Part shown: positions 1 through 12,700 of the stretch, piece after piece
Numbering within the stretch: position 1 is the stretch's first letter
Layout of the letters: each line of letters begins with the position of its first letter
DNA from: Antedon mediterranea
Taxonomy: Eukaryota > Animalia > Echinodermata
Reading direction: 5' to 3'
Assembly: GCF_964355755.1 (NCBI RefSeq)
Contig: NC_092671.1
Coordinates: 9,610,001 to 9,674,000, forward strand
DNA length: 64,000 nt
The notes under the pieces: model-generated
Told to the model about the DNA's origin: nothing
The model's database searches: none
The model's input: only the letters and a program-made list of their open reading frames with translations
Position numbers and translations under genes: made by a program

Positions 1-125
1 GAAAGCGTCAGCATATACGCTTGCGTAGAGAGGGAATTGGAAGATGTAATACATGAATACGCATGCGTATATTAAGCTGGCGCTTTCGATTCGCGCGAAC
101 AAATTCGCCTAGTGGAAAATCGGCT
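1..125. mobile_element. Right end of a palindromic PIF/Harbinger-type MITE (truncated by window edge)
   Basis: Internal fold-back gaaagcgtcagcatatacgcttgcgta ... tacgcatgcgtatattaagctggcgctttc. It ends ctagtggaaaatcggct followed by TAA, the same terminal style as the MITE at 13705. Confidence 0.5.
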
Positions 126-794
126 TAACGTCCTCTTATGCCACAAAATGTTTTCAAAAAGTTTATCATGCTCGGATGTAGGTGGAGTGGTGTTTTTATT
201 TTGTGTATATTATTATATATATATTTAATTTGTTTTTCACTGTAAACCAGTTATTTTTAACGAAGGCGCTATTTATTACAATGTCTTTATCCATCGATTT
301 AATTTTGTCAAGTCATAAAACATAGGATGTAAAATCGATGATTTTCTCATGGGGAGGGAGTGGCTGTGTTTTTTTTTATAGTTTGGTAACTAAATAAATT
401 AACTACGGAATGGGCCAGGTGAAAATATATAGGTTTGTATATGAAAGTATTCAATAGTGTTTTCAAACTACATACGTAAGGTTTGAAATTTGAAAAAGGC
501 AGCACTTGCACGGCCGCCGGTTATGGAACGCCTAATTCATATCACTAGAATCATAGACAATTTACAACCTTTCATGCTTTTTTACGGAATTTTCCTATGT
601 TATACCGTTTAATTATATAGAATCGGGTAATTTTTGCAACGACGTATAGGAAAATACAAAATATAAAACTTGCCGTGTGGAGCTTAATTGACCAAGACGA
701 TCGTTGACGAGGTATAACGAAAGTATAATAATACAATTCCGTATACGCATTGCATTATAAACTACCATCATTACATTCATTTATTCTTTGACAG

Positions 795-3700
795 AAACAA
801 CCGTATATGAATCAACTACAATGGATTTATACACTGAAGGGGTTACGGACGTTACAGAATCAACAACTCCACAAGCAACAACAGAAGGTAGGTGCAACAA
901 AAAGCCCGAATTTCGGTGCGAATTTCTGACCAATGTGGAGTACTACTACTACCATCTTTTCCAACAAAATAGATTTTGAAATGTTTACACACGTATACAG
1001 ATCATGTCATATTTGACATGAAACATTATTGGTATTATTGTTAGAAAGTCCAATCGGCCGCTAGGTCGTTGTCGCAACAGTTTTATCCATACCACCAAAC
1101 GCGCATTTTACATTCCACTCATTATCCACAATATTATTTGTTAAAACACATGAAATAATGTTAAAAAATCTCTCCCCCGTTCTACAGTTCAAAGTACAAC
1201 TATACTAATCTGAAGAAAAAACATGATATATAATATATGATAATTGAATCACAAACGTTGTATTATTATTTATAATGGTTAGCCTAAAAAATGTGAGATT
1301 TCTTCAATGCATTGTCATTTTTTTTCTTTAAAATACTGGCGACACATTATCGTCTAAGAAACTTTTCTATATTTATTTACGCCCATCTCAATACAATATT
1401 TGAAAGAATAACATATCGTGTGATACCACAAAGTTTTCACTGAAATATTATATTCAACCAAGAATCTTTCAAGAAAGCATTAAATGTTGTCAATCAAAAT
1501 GATCTATACAAGTTGGCGACAACGCGGTCTGTTCACACGTAAACGCATTCGACCATGAATACGTTCAAAAGAAACGCCCATTTGGGCGACCATGAAAAAA
1601 CGTTTCATAAGCGCGGTCTTACGCAATTACTATGAAATAATGAATGGCATTGCACCACCGTTTAGTCGCTTTTCATTGTTCGTGTGTCATAGGCCCTGTT
1701 CAGACCCATGGCGTTAGACCGTTTTAGCGTACGACGCTAAAAGAATGTGTGTCTGAACAGTTGGGGATTAGCGTACAACGCGTCGTACAACGGTTGTAGC
1801 GTTGTAGTGGAAAACGGTTGATAGTACCGTTTTAGCGTACGACGCTACTGTAAGTCAACGTTGTATCCAATCAGAACGTTTCCTGTTATGACGCCAAACA
1901 AGGTTTGACCTAGGCTGACATCTTGTATCGTCAATGTGTGAGATGGATTTCAATAACAAAAAGGCCAGAATAAATAAGGCCTAACTACACTACAAATACA
2001 ACTGTTACAAAGGCTACAAACTATTATCAACTGATTACCATTATATTTTCTAACAAATGACATAAATACATGCACCTTGTATTTAAACATAGGGACTACG
2101 ATCCCATCCGCTTTTAGGCCTAGCTAGGCCTAGAGCCATTCACGCATTTCATTCAAGCTAAAAACTAGCGTGGGACATCAAAAGTCACTCATTCATACAA
2201 GGCAGACTAGACTGGACAAGTTTAATGCTGAAAACCCCCTAACTCCTAAAAAAAACAGTAAACAAACAAGGGGAGCTGTGTCCCTTTTATTAGCAAGTTA
2301 AGGGTTATTTTCAACCGACTGGACCAAAGAATATATATCTTTGACTGGACTGGATAGACTAATCTCAATCTTTTTTTTCTTCATCATTACGAGGACGAGG
2401 CCTGCTTTATTTTCGTAACACAAGAGCCTGGGGAAAATGTTTTTTACTACAAAATAAAAACAATAGAAACAGAAATTTGACTTTACTATATTTTTCTTAA
2501 ATAAATGCTGAGGTATGTTTTATTTACGGCAAATTTTGTCATAATATTGTAGGGCTGAGATCTAGGCCTATATACAGTGGAAATAATGATGAAAACACGT
2601 GGGTAAGAGCACATGAATATGCAACTAGAAACAACCTGGATGACGTACTTCCGTTGTAACGATAATCGTACGCTATGGGTCTGAACACCTCGTTTTTTTC
2701 TCTGCGGTTTGTAACGTGACCTTGATAGTAACGTTGTACGCTAAAACGGTCTAACGCCATGGGTCTGAACAGGGCCTAAGCTTATAGGCCTATCCAAGAG
2801 ACAGAATCACGTAAATAGTATATATATGCAACTAGAGCACGAATATGAATAAACTATTCTTTCCATTCAACGAATACAAAACATTAATTATTTGTTTTAT
2901 AACATGGCACCTACATTTATTCAATTTATCCACCATGCCGATGATAGTGCGATTTTGTATCCTCACACCAAAGTAATATCTTGATCTCATTTACCAGTGT
3001 TTTTAAGTATGTTGAATCATGGAGAAATAATAACTTGTTTCTCTGTGGTTTAATGTATTGTCAACTTTTTGTCTTTGTTTTTATAAAAATTTGTTCTTCT
3101 ACGTCTTGAGTCCCACACCGAGGCTTTCATGGGCTATTCTACATCTCTTTTTAAAATTGTAATTGTATATATTTATATATCTTGTATGTGATATTTTGTA
3201 TGTTTTTAATGAGATGCAAATAAATCAAATCAAAAAGGTCATTGACGAATGCTAGGCCATTTAAAAAGGCATTTTTGGGTTGACAGTACAGTAATGGATT
3301 ATCAATATGACCGAACTTGGTACCGAGAATTTAACTGGAATTAAGCAACAATTAAATACCTTAAGTAACACATTTTTATACTATACTATGGTATAGCTTT
3401 GTTTCTCAACACCAATATTTGGTTGCGTTTCATGCTTGTTTTAAATTGAAATACTGACATGTTATTTACATATAGATACATTGCTGTGTCCTTTATTCTT
3501 TATCACGGCCTACAAAAGCGTAATTAAATAAAAATAACTAATATTTGATTTTTTTTGTAGACCCCGATCAATGTTCTTTCGAAGTATTAAATAGTTGTGA
3601 TTTAGTTAATGGATATTGTCAGGATACAAGTAGTGGGTACACGTGCGGGTGTAACAATGGCTTTCAACTCGCAATGAATCATTTCGATTGCGAAGGTAAG

Positions 3701-6700
3701 TTAGGCCATAATATAACCGGTATTATATAATTATGTGTTGTATCATAGTACAGATTCCGTAATATAAGATTTCACATGCGATGTACTCTGTATTACGGAA
3801 GGTTAGGTTAAGGATTTTGATGATACAAGCCTCACATACTGTAGTTTCACGTGTGACACTGTATAACGGAATTTGCCGATGATACTGGCGAAAGACAGCT
3901 ACAGTACCGAAAACCAGTTAACAATTTAACTTATACCATGTAGAAATAATTTTCTATTATTATACTTACCAAAGAATAACAAATATGTGCACATTATAAT
4001 GGACTGTAAGATATAAGAATGTTAGTTGCTGTTTATTGTCGAGAATTTGGTGACTAAAAAAAGTGCTTTATTTTGTTTATCTAGACATAGAATCACCGCA
4101 AATTACCTACTGTTTTGACGCTACGTTATTAGTTGGTACGGATGAAGGAGTGAAGAACGGTACAGCCATGTGGATGGAGCCACAAGTGACTGATAACGCT
4201 GGCGATTCCGGGATCACAATGACGCAGAATTACTATTCAGGAACGTCTTTTCCTATAGGATATTATGAAGTTATTTATACATTCTCGGACGAGGCTGGGA
4301 ATACAAACTATTGTTCATTTAATGTCTCTGTATTTGGTATGAATAACTTTTATTGTTTATTACACAGTTAATTTCAACCATTTATTCCCCAAAACATAAT
4401 TTACAGTTGACCTAAACATCATTAAAGAAATATTTTCTATTATGCCTATTAACACACCTATTATGTTTATTCTTGTCATTGGTTCATTTCGTAGCATTAG
4501 TAATGTTGTTATACAGAAAGTGATTATTCAATGCTTCTATATGCAAAAACCAAGCTGCCTCCTTGTGAACATTTCCACGTGATATAATATTATGCGACAA
4601 AGAAAAACATGTTACATGTTTTCGCGCTCTTAAAATCCCAACGCCGCCTTATTGCGTAGCCTAACCTTTGCCATTTTATTCTACTTGTATTAACTGCAGA
4701 TGATGAGGTACCAAGGCTTAACTGCCCAAGTAATCAAGCTTACAGATTATCTGTGGGCGAGTCAACTGTGTCTGTTAACTGGACAAGCGCTACTGCAACG
4801 GACAATGTGCAAGTTGAAGATATTTATAAAAGCTCGAACATCACACCAGGAGACTTCGACGTTGGAACGTACATGGTAACATTTGAAGCAGTTGATATTT
4901 ATGGTCTCGTGGGCATGTGCACATTTTCAATAGAGGTTGGAGGTACTGTTGTTTGCTGTTGTTCTTTTTCATAACTGTATCAATAATTATAACAATCACT
5001 TTGCAAACTCTATCGTGTACCATTTTTTCAATGTCCACTCTATCTTTTTAGATGTGACATGTCCAAGTTCCTTTCGCCGTTGTCCAGTAACCGATGGTGA
5101 ATGCATTTCGGAGCACAAGTTTTGTGATTTGGAAATGGATTGTCCTAATTGGTCAGATGAAAACGAACTTTCATGTAGTAAGCCAGTGTTTTGATGATTT
5201 TTTAAACGATTAATTTCGAGAAGCATAATTTTGTTTGTATAATTAGATATCTTAACTTAAGGAAATTAAATTGTTAATTATCTGATTCAAAATGTTTTAT
5301 AATGATTTATTAATATAAAATAATGCTTTTTTTTAGGCGAGTGTACGTCAACACAAACACGATGTGGAGACGCCTACTGCATCGAGACAGATCGCTTTTG
5401 CGATGAATTTCACTATGATTGTCCATACGGTGATTTTGATGAGACATCTGCAATATGTGAGGGAAGCTGTCTTTCCCCAAACCCATTAAGGAATGGCGAA
5501 CAGACATACCCAGAAATACACCGAAGAAGATATCTTAACAATCAGGTGATACGGTACGCTTGTAATACTGGTTTTACCATGGTAGGCGATTCGGAACTTA
5601 CTTGTATCGACGAAAGTTTTGGAGATAACTTACCCGAATGTTTTAGTAAGTTGGAATTTTCATTTGTTCGTTTTTAGACCTTTTCTCTCAGTTGCTTATG
5701 CAGATAGAATACATGTATAACACTCCGAATATGTCTCTTTTATTGGGTTCTACTATGCGTTATATATTATCTTCATTTAAGTTTCTATGTTTTCTTTTTT
5801 AATTTTGTATAGCTATGTGTACTAGGCCAGATGCACCGGGAAATGGAGCTGTGACGGGCAGTTCAGCAATCGACCACGGTGAAACAATTCAATTCAGCTG
5901 TAACGATGGATATGACCTGCAGCCCGCGACCCCCATCACGTTTACATGTGATGACGGTTCGTTCGGTGAAGGTATATCTAAACGCTGTTTAGGTAAGCTT
6001 ACTTTGAATACAGTGTACTAAGTAGCCTATCCTCTTACTGAGTGTCTCCTGAATAGGAGATCTTTGGTTTTAAAACATAATATATTGTCCCTGATTTATT
6101 AATAAGGGTATTTTCCCTAAGAAAGGATTGCATATTAAGCGTCAGCTTCAGTAGAATTCTTTGAGTTTTGTATATTGCTAATTACTTTGTGTAATTTATA
6201 GAAATGTCTGTGGTATGTGACTCTAAAAAATAATATTGTGTACACTTAAAAGTAGCATTAATCTTATGCATAAAAGAATCCGTCTTATACTATTATACAT
6301 CTTAAAGTCTAATAATAGCATACATTAAAAATATACACTGTATATACCGTATTTACCCACGCTAATACACTGTGATAGGCCTATAGATATTAATACGATT
6401 ATGTAAGATTATGTGGTTTGGGTGTGGGCTCGGTGTCTCGGTAAAATATCCTGCTAATAGTTATACAGTACAATGTTATAAACAGTATCATATAAATCCT
6501 GATAATAAATAATAATTTGTCAAAACCAAGTTGTGATCACAACTTGGTTTTGACAAATTATCATTATTATCTGGATTTGAAACACACCTGATGAAAATAT
6601 TCTCCGATATAGGCTAAATCCTATTGATAAATGATGTATATTTATTTGGTTTAGATATTGATGAATGCCAACAGCAGGAAACATGTGATAGCAATGCAGA

Positions 6701-9700
6701 ATGTACTAACATAATTGGTTCTTACTCCTGTGATTGCGTAGCAGGATATGAGGGTGACGGTTCGACATGTATAAGTAAGTTGACGCGTTTAACATTTAAA
6801 TGACGTAATGCGTCATATTTCTTGGTAAACATATCAAGCGTTTGTCTCAAACGCTTGATACAATTTCCGTAGAGTGTAGTATGTCAGATCAATCAGTATC
6901 TCCACCCATAGTATGTATAAGGAAAACAAAAGGTCCTTAACACTCGTAAAGTATTTCACACAAAACATGTTTACAAGCGCTTGATGTTACGATATTCCTA
7001 GGATGCAAGTTTAACATTTAAACCATAGAGATATTATAGTTCACTATAATATCTCTATGTTTAAACACGTAGGCCAAATCTCGACAACTTAACCGTGAAA
7101 ATAGAACCACAGCTCCAAGCCAACTCCCGCTACAATTCAGAACGTCCTTGAAATGGCTTGTCCTAGAATCGCGCGGTGACGACTCCGCATTCAGATGCCT
7201 AAGGACATTTGAAGTGGAACTATAAAATGGGTGTAACCACAAAATTACTTCATGCCACAACATCAGAATTATAAATTAAGTCGTAAACAATAAATTCTTG
7301 AAGCTGATCCGCTAATCACAGTCACGATAGTCAACAGACGTCTTTCCTAATTCCTACTATTGTTATTCTTGCCTTTAGGGAAGGCCTATATACCAGAAAA
7401 TCCACAAAATAATCTCATATGAAATCAAACAAACCGGAGTAACTTCAAACAGAGAAACAAAACACATTACGAAATTCAATGTCTCTATATATGGAGTTCC
7501 CCTTGTTTTATTTTATCTTTTCATTTAGCTTAATGATTAATTTGGGAAGGGTGATATATTAATTGTTACTTATACATATTGTTTGTGTTACTTTAATTAA
7601 TTGAGACGGATCAAGTGTGAACGACGTGGGAGTGGAATAATCAATTTATATCACGCACATTAAATTTTAACTCCTTTGATTCGTAGATCCGTTTGCTAAG
7701 ACCAAATCACCTTATCCCGATTTTATCCCATTGTCATTATTTTCTTTTGTATTTCGGGCTTCCCGCAAGGATACGAAATATTTGTGGTTTTCGAAATTGT
7801 ATTATTTATGAAATTAGCTGAAATGAAATTATCAATGACATCGCGAAAAGGCACACAGTTGATGGGCGCGTCAACAAATTGTGATTTTTCATGATAACAC
7901 GTTTTTCGCAGATACTGCTTTTTGTATGCTCATCGCCAACTTTGAGTTTTTTCATGGCGGTGACAAACATGTATTCCTTAAACCTCTATTGAAATGTAAT
8001 GCGTTAACAGAGTAGAGATCGTAATTTAATCAAATGTAAACAACTGTATTACAAAATTCAATATTTGTGTCAAACTTCTTCCATTATCAAAATTGAAGGA
8101 ATGCTTATGCGTATACTAAAGCAATTGTTGAATACGTAATATCTAATAGGGGTGGGTTGTATCATATTTCGAATTTGCTGGGTCGGTATATCTTTTGGCT
8201 TGACCCGCTGTTAACTATTCAGTTGTATTTGACAAATAGGTTAGCAAATACTTCTTCTTTCTTGGAGATCCAAGAAACATTTATTATATATGGCCTTTGG
8301 CCCAAATAATATACAATGTAATACAATATTAAATAAATATCAGTTGAGTGCGTTTAGAAATTCTGTTCTACGTTTAAATGAAAAGAATAAATATTTTCCA
8401 AGTTTAACAATAAGATCAGTATTTGTGGCAGACATAAGATAAATATATTTTAATTTAGTTGGGTTGTTTGTATAAAAGGAACACATATATTTAGTTCTAA
8501 TATCTGAATAAAATGGACAAACTAAAGTGAAATGATATTCATCTTCAAATACAGTAGACTGTTATTTTTAGTATCACTATTTAAAGGAATTATGGTGCTT
8601 TTCATTATTATATCTATACTCAATAATAAAATAAATAATAAATTTTGCTGACTCGCCGCAAGGAAAAAATAGACAACTAATATATATTAGTTACCTGGAT
8701 ACGAACACCAATTTGCCAGCGATCTGGATACCTGTTTCCGATGATATTATGTAAACGATATTCGAATCTGCACAAAATAAAAATCAAAATTAAAGAGTTT
8801 AAAAGGTGACATTTAAGATTGTTTTGGAATGTTAAAATTAGTCTGTAAAAACAGGTTTTATTTTAGAGAAGTAAGAAATATTCGCCAAAGTCATTGGAAA
8901 TTGTGGATATGAATTCTATTGGTTCTTTTCAGCCAGTTCAAATTACATAGTTATATAAATCGACGTAATAAATAGGCCAAGTCTACATTACATAATGTCT
9001 TTAGGCCTACATGAAATGTTTTTAGTAACTACTTTTTAAGACTAGGACAATAACGACCGACGATAAATAGTAATTTGATCTAAATGATATTTTCACACGC
9101 CCAATCAAATGACGTCATGATTCAATAATATTGTGACAATACAACGATTTTACTGACGTCATTTTTATTGGGTTTAAAATAATATTATTAGCATAAATGA
9201 TTATACTTTAGTTCTTGAACGAAAACTTTCAATTTTTTTATTTTTTTGCTTGTAAGAAAAATGTATCTATTTATCGTCGATCGTTATCGTCCTAGTGTAA
9301 ATTGACTTTAGACGTAATGTGAAAGTTTAACAAGTTTCGGATAAGTTTTATAGCAAAGTGGGTGGGTATAGCAATCGATTAAGTCAAGGCAATCTAACAA
9401 CAAGACACTAAGCTCGCCTTGCCAATATAGGAACTCGTAACAGTCTTTTGATCTTATGTCTGGCTGCAACAAAATAACAATACATGTAGTTCTAAAAGTA
9501 AATATTCTCCGCGGCACGCGTTTTCTATTAAGGGGCGTGGAACTGATGGTGTCGCAGCCACAGATAAACCATTTGAACTCTCTTTCGCCTATAATATTAG
9601 CATTTTAATTTGTATTAGACATAGACGAATGTGCACTAGGCTCGAGTAGCTGTGACGTGAACGCAATTTGCACAGACTCTGAAGGAAGTTACACGTGTGC

Positions 9701-9741
9701 TTGTGATGAGGGTTACAGTGGAGATGGATTCGAGTGTACCG
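795..9741 (+). CDS. N-terminal module block of the mucin-like gene: Thr-rich exon, EGF, 2xHYR, 2xLDL-receptor class A, 2xSushi/CCP, 2x calcium-binding EGF
   Basis: Thr-rich ETTVYESTT...[21 protein letters not shown]...VTDNAG...FPIG.Y.V.Y...D.AGN...CSFNVSV and DEVPRLNCP...ATDN...F.VG...V...AVD..G....CTFSIEV. LDLa CP..FRRC...GECI....CD...DCPNWSDE and C...QTRC....CI....FCD...DCP...DE. Sushi C..P.P..NG....Y.C..GF...G....TC and [10 protein letters not shown]...FSCNDGY.L....TC. cbEGF DIDEC....C..NA.C.N..GSY.C.C..GY.GDG..C. Confidence 0.85.
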
Positions 9742-12700
9742 GTAAGTTAGTTACTAATGAAAATAAATACTGTACCAGATTCTCGTCAATGTGCTTTTTA
9801 AATACTGTATATAGCACCAAAGGGTCCAGTAGGGGTTAAACTTTAAACACATTCGTGTGTTATGGATGACATAAAACAGAAACGCAGTTTATTCTTTCTC
9901 TCGTGTCATGAAAACACACGAGACCCGCCTAAATTAATGAACTTGACCATACTAAAATAGTATATTTATTTTCGTAATGTAGAGATATTATACGAAGACT
10001 ACGGAACGGACGCTGGCGATACCACCATCAGACAGCCTACAGCACGTTCTGTTCAAAGTACTCTTAATGAGTTAACTTCACCGTTATTTAAACCGCCTTC
10101 TGGATTCCCATACGGATCACAATTTTTATCCAACGTTTATGTAAGTATTTTCTTTATATTTTTATTGAAATTAATTCACGATTTGTACTTGTGATTTGTG
10201 TGAAAATAAGTGATAAGGAAAGACAGTGAAGTATGGGGGATTCGCCCTCGTCGCTAACCAGCGTTCGACCTAATGCCCTGGTTAACACAGGTTGCGTCAG
10301 GGCCTTCGTAATACTCGGGCGCCTCATATCCTAGTAATGAAAACAGGTATGAATGAAAAACAATGACTGAACTGACAATAATCGCTCTCTCCGCGTGAGA
10401 TTGAGGGGAAGGAGGTTACTCGCTCCTGAATTTAGGTTTGTGGTCAGTAGCCAAATCATTTTAAAAATGCACTTCATCACTCACATCTACTAAAACAAAA
10501 CAAAAATAGGCCTATTAAATCGACACAATTATATTTCTTCCTTTTAGATAACTGAGAATGGGATTTTCATTTTGGTGAATGATAATGACGACATTATGAC
10601 GTATCCAAATCCACCTCTTGCGGGCTTTGAAAGCGACGACTCGAGAAACATAATAGCTCCGTTTTGGGCTGATGGTGACCTATCTGCTGGCATTGGTGAT
10701 GTCTATTTCCAGGTAATAATTGCTACTTTTATAATAATAATAGTAATAACATGGTTTTAAATTACAATAAAGATACTAAAATAAACACTTCTGTTATTTA
10801 ATAAACTCAGTAGTATTAAAAGGACCATTTAATATATTATTACAATACGTAACTAGAAACAAGACTAATATCTAGTTTTAGATACGGTCAATCCCCTTAG
10901 ATTTTACAGCATGCCAACTCCCTACCCTCCCCCGCAGATACGGTATGTAAACATTTATTTAATTTATTTATGCTTATCATTATAGGAGTACACGTCTGAT
11001 GACCCTGCTGACGATTCATTTCTAGCAGAAATATTAGTAAAGCTAACCTCTCTCTACCAAGATCCTCTGCCGACAAACTTTAAGCCAACATGGGCTTTGA
11101 AAGCTACTTGGAGCGATATACCTCAACGACCGGCTGATGCCAGCGTAGATAGGGTATGTAATCACATTCAGGTTCATTTATATTACGCTTTTTTATAGTC
11201 TTAAATACTTGACAGACTCAAAACTCAAAATGGTACTCGTAAAGTTTCACCCTGTCTTTTTGAAAAACAAAACCTAATCTCGACACAAATGAACTTTCAG
11301 ACCTCACTTAATATGGCGTAAGTTTAACTTTATACTTTTCATTTTTTTTTTATAGCGGAACACATTCCAGTCGATTATAATGACGGACGGGTTATACAGT
11401 TTTGGAATGTTTGTTTACGAAGGCGGTGACATGCGGTGGGATTCTAGTCTAGAGGACCGTCAAGACGCCACGATCGGCTACAATATTAGGGATGAAGACC
11501 CAGTGAATTTTCTACAGGGCCAGTACAGACCGGATGAGATTATAGGAAATACAGACCAGTATGGCCAGTGGGTATTTCGGCTTGAAGGTAACACCGAAGA
11601 CACTATCAACCCGAAGCAACGATGTCGTGAGTGGTATGCCAATGACGTCATGGAAGACTTTAACACAGATAATTTGGGGACCTGTCCCTGTAGTTTGTTA
11701 CAGGTTGTTCTGGACGGGCGCTACTCACAGAGTCCAGTCATTTCTATTAGCAACACTCCGTTTGATACACTCGTAAATTCTAATCTAGAAGAAGTTGGAA
11801 TATCATCCTCTTTGTTTGCAGATGTTGTAACCCTGCTAAATGAAGGTAAGATTTTATGCCGTTACTATGTATGTTTCACTATTTTATTCAATACTATAGC
11901 TTCTTTACCAGGAGACGGTTGCGCTAAACGATTTAATATGTTTATTCACTTGGTATACAACATATTCTATTTGTTTACATTGATTTGATAGCTTCTTCAT
12001 ACGCATGGTGTTTCCAGTCATCGACTCCTAACTTCTTTCTATCCCGGACGCAGTGCTGCTATCGCCTGAATGGGTTTTCTCTAATTGAAGGCTACCTTGG
12101 TATTGGCTCAAGTAGCTTCGTTGTGAAATATGGTTACACTTTTGGACGATGGCTGATTTTTGATCAATATATCAAATATATAGGTAAGTTATAACTGTAA
12201 TTTCATTAAATTTTCATATCCTCAACAGACTGCGTAAACTAATATTTAATGTACACATGTGTTAACTTGTTTTCCGCTGTTGTGGCGTTACTGACGGTAT
12301 TACAAAATGGAAAAGCTCTACTTGTTACTTGCACAACGCTTTGTGTGAACGCGCATGCACGATGACACTGATACTCTAGTATAACCTTTGCCATTCGCAA
12401 CTTACAATGTACAATTTCATCATCTCTTTCTAAATATTATGTTCTAGAAAATGATCTGATGCCACAGTATTATTGCTGCAAAGAGTCACAGGATGAGGCG
12501 ATGTGTGATCTGTATTATGAGCGACGACCTCCGAGCAATTGCCAAGCATATACACCACCAGCCATATGTAAGTAATAGTTCGGCTGCCACTACTCGTAAA
12601 CGAATTACGTTGTATTTCTATATTCAATGCACAACTCCGTCCTCTTGGTAAACGCATTTATCTGCGCATGAGAAAATTAGAGCACGTGGACTAAATCATT

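Noticed and set aside
3040-3236. Possible LINE 3' tail ending aataaatcaaatcaaa
   Set aside because: No recognisable ORF2 peptide could be read, so the evidence is insufficient.
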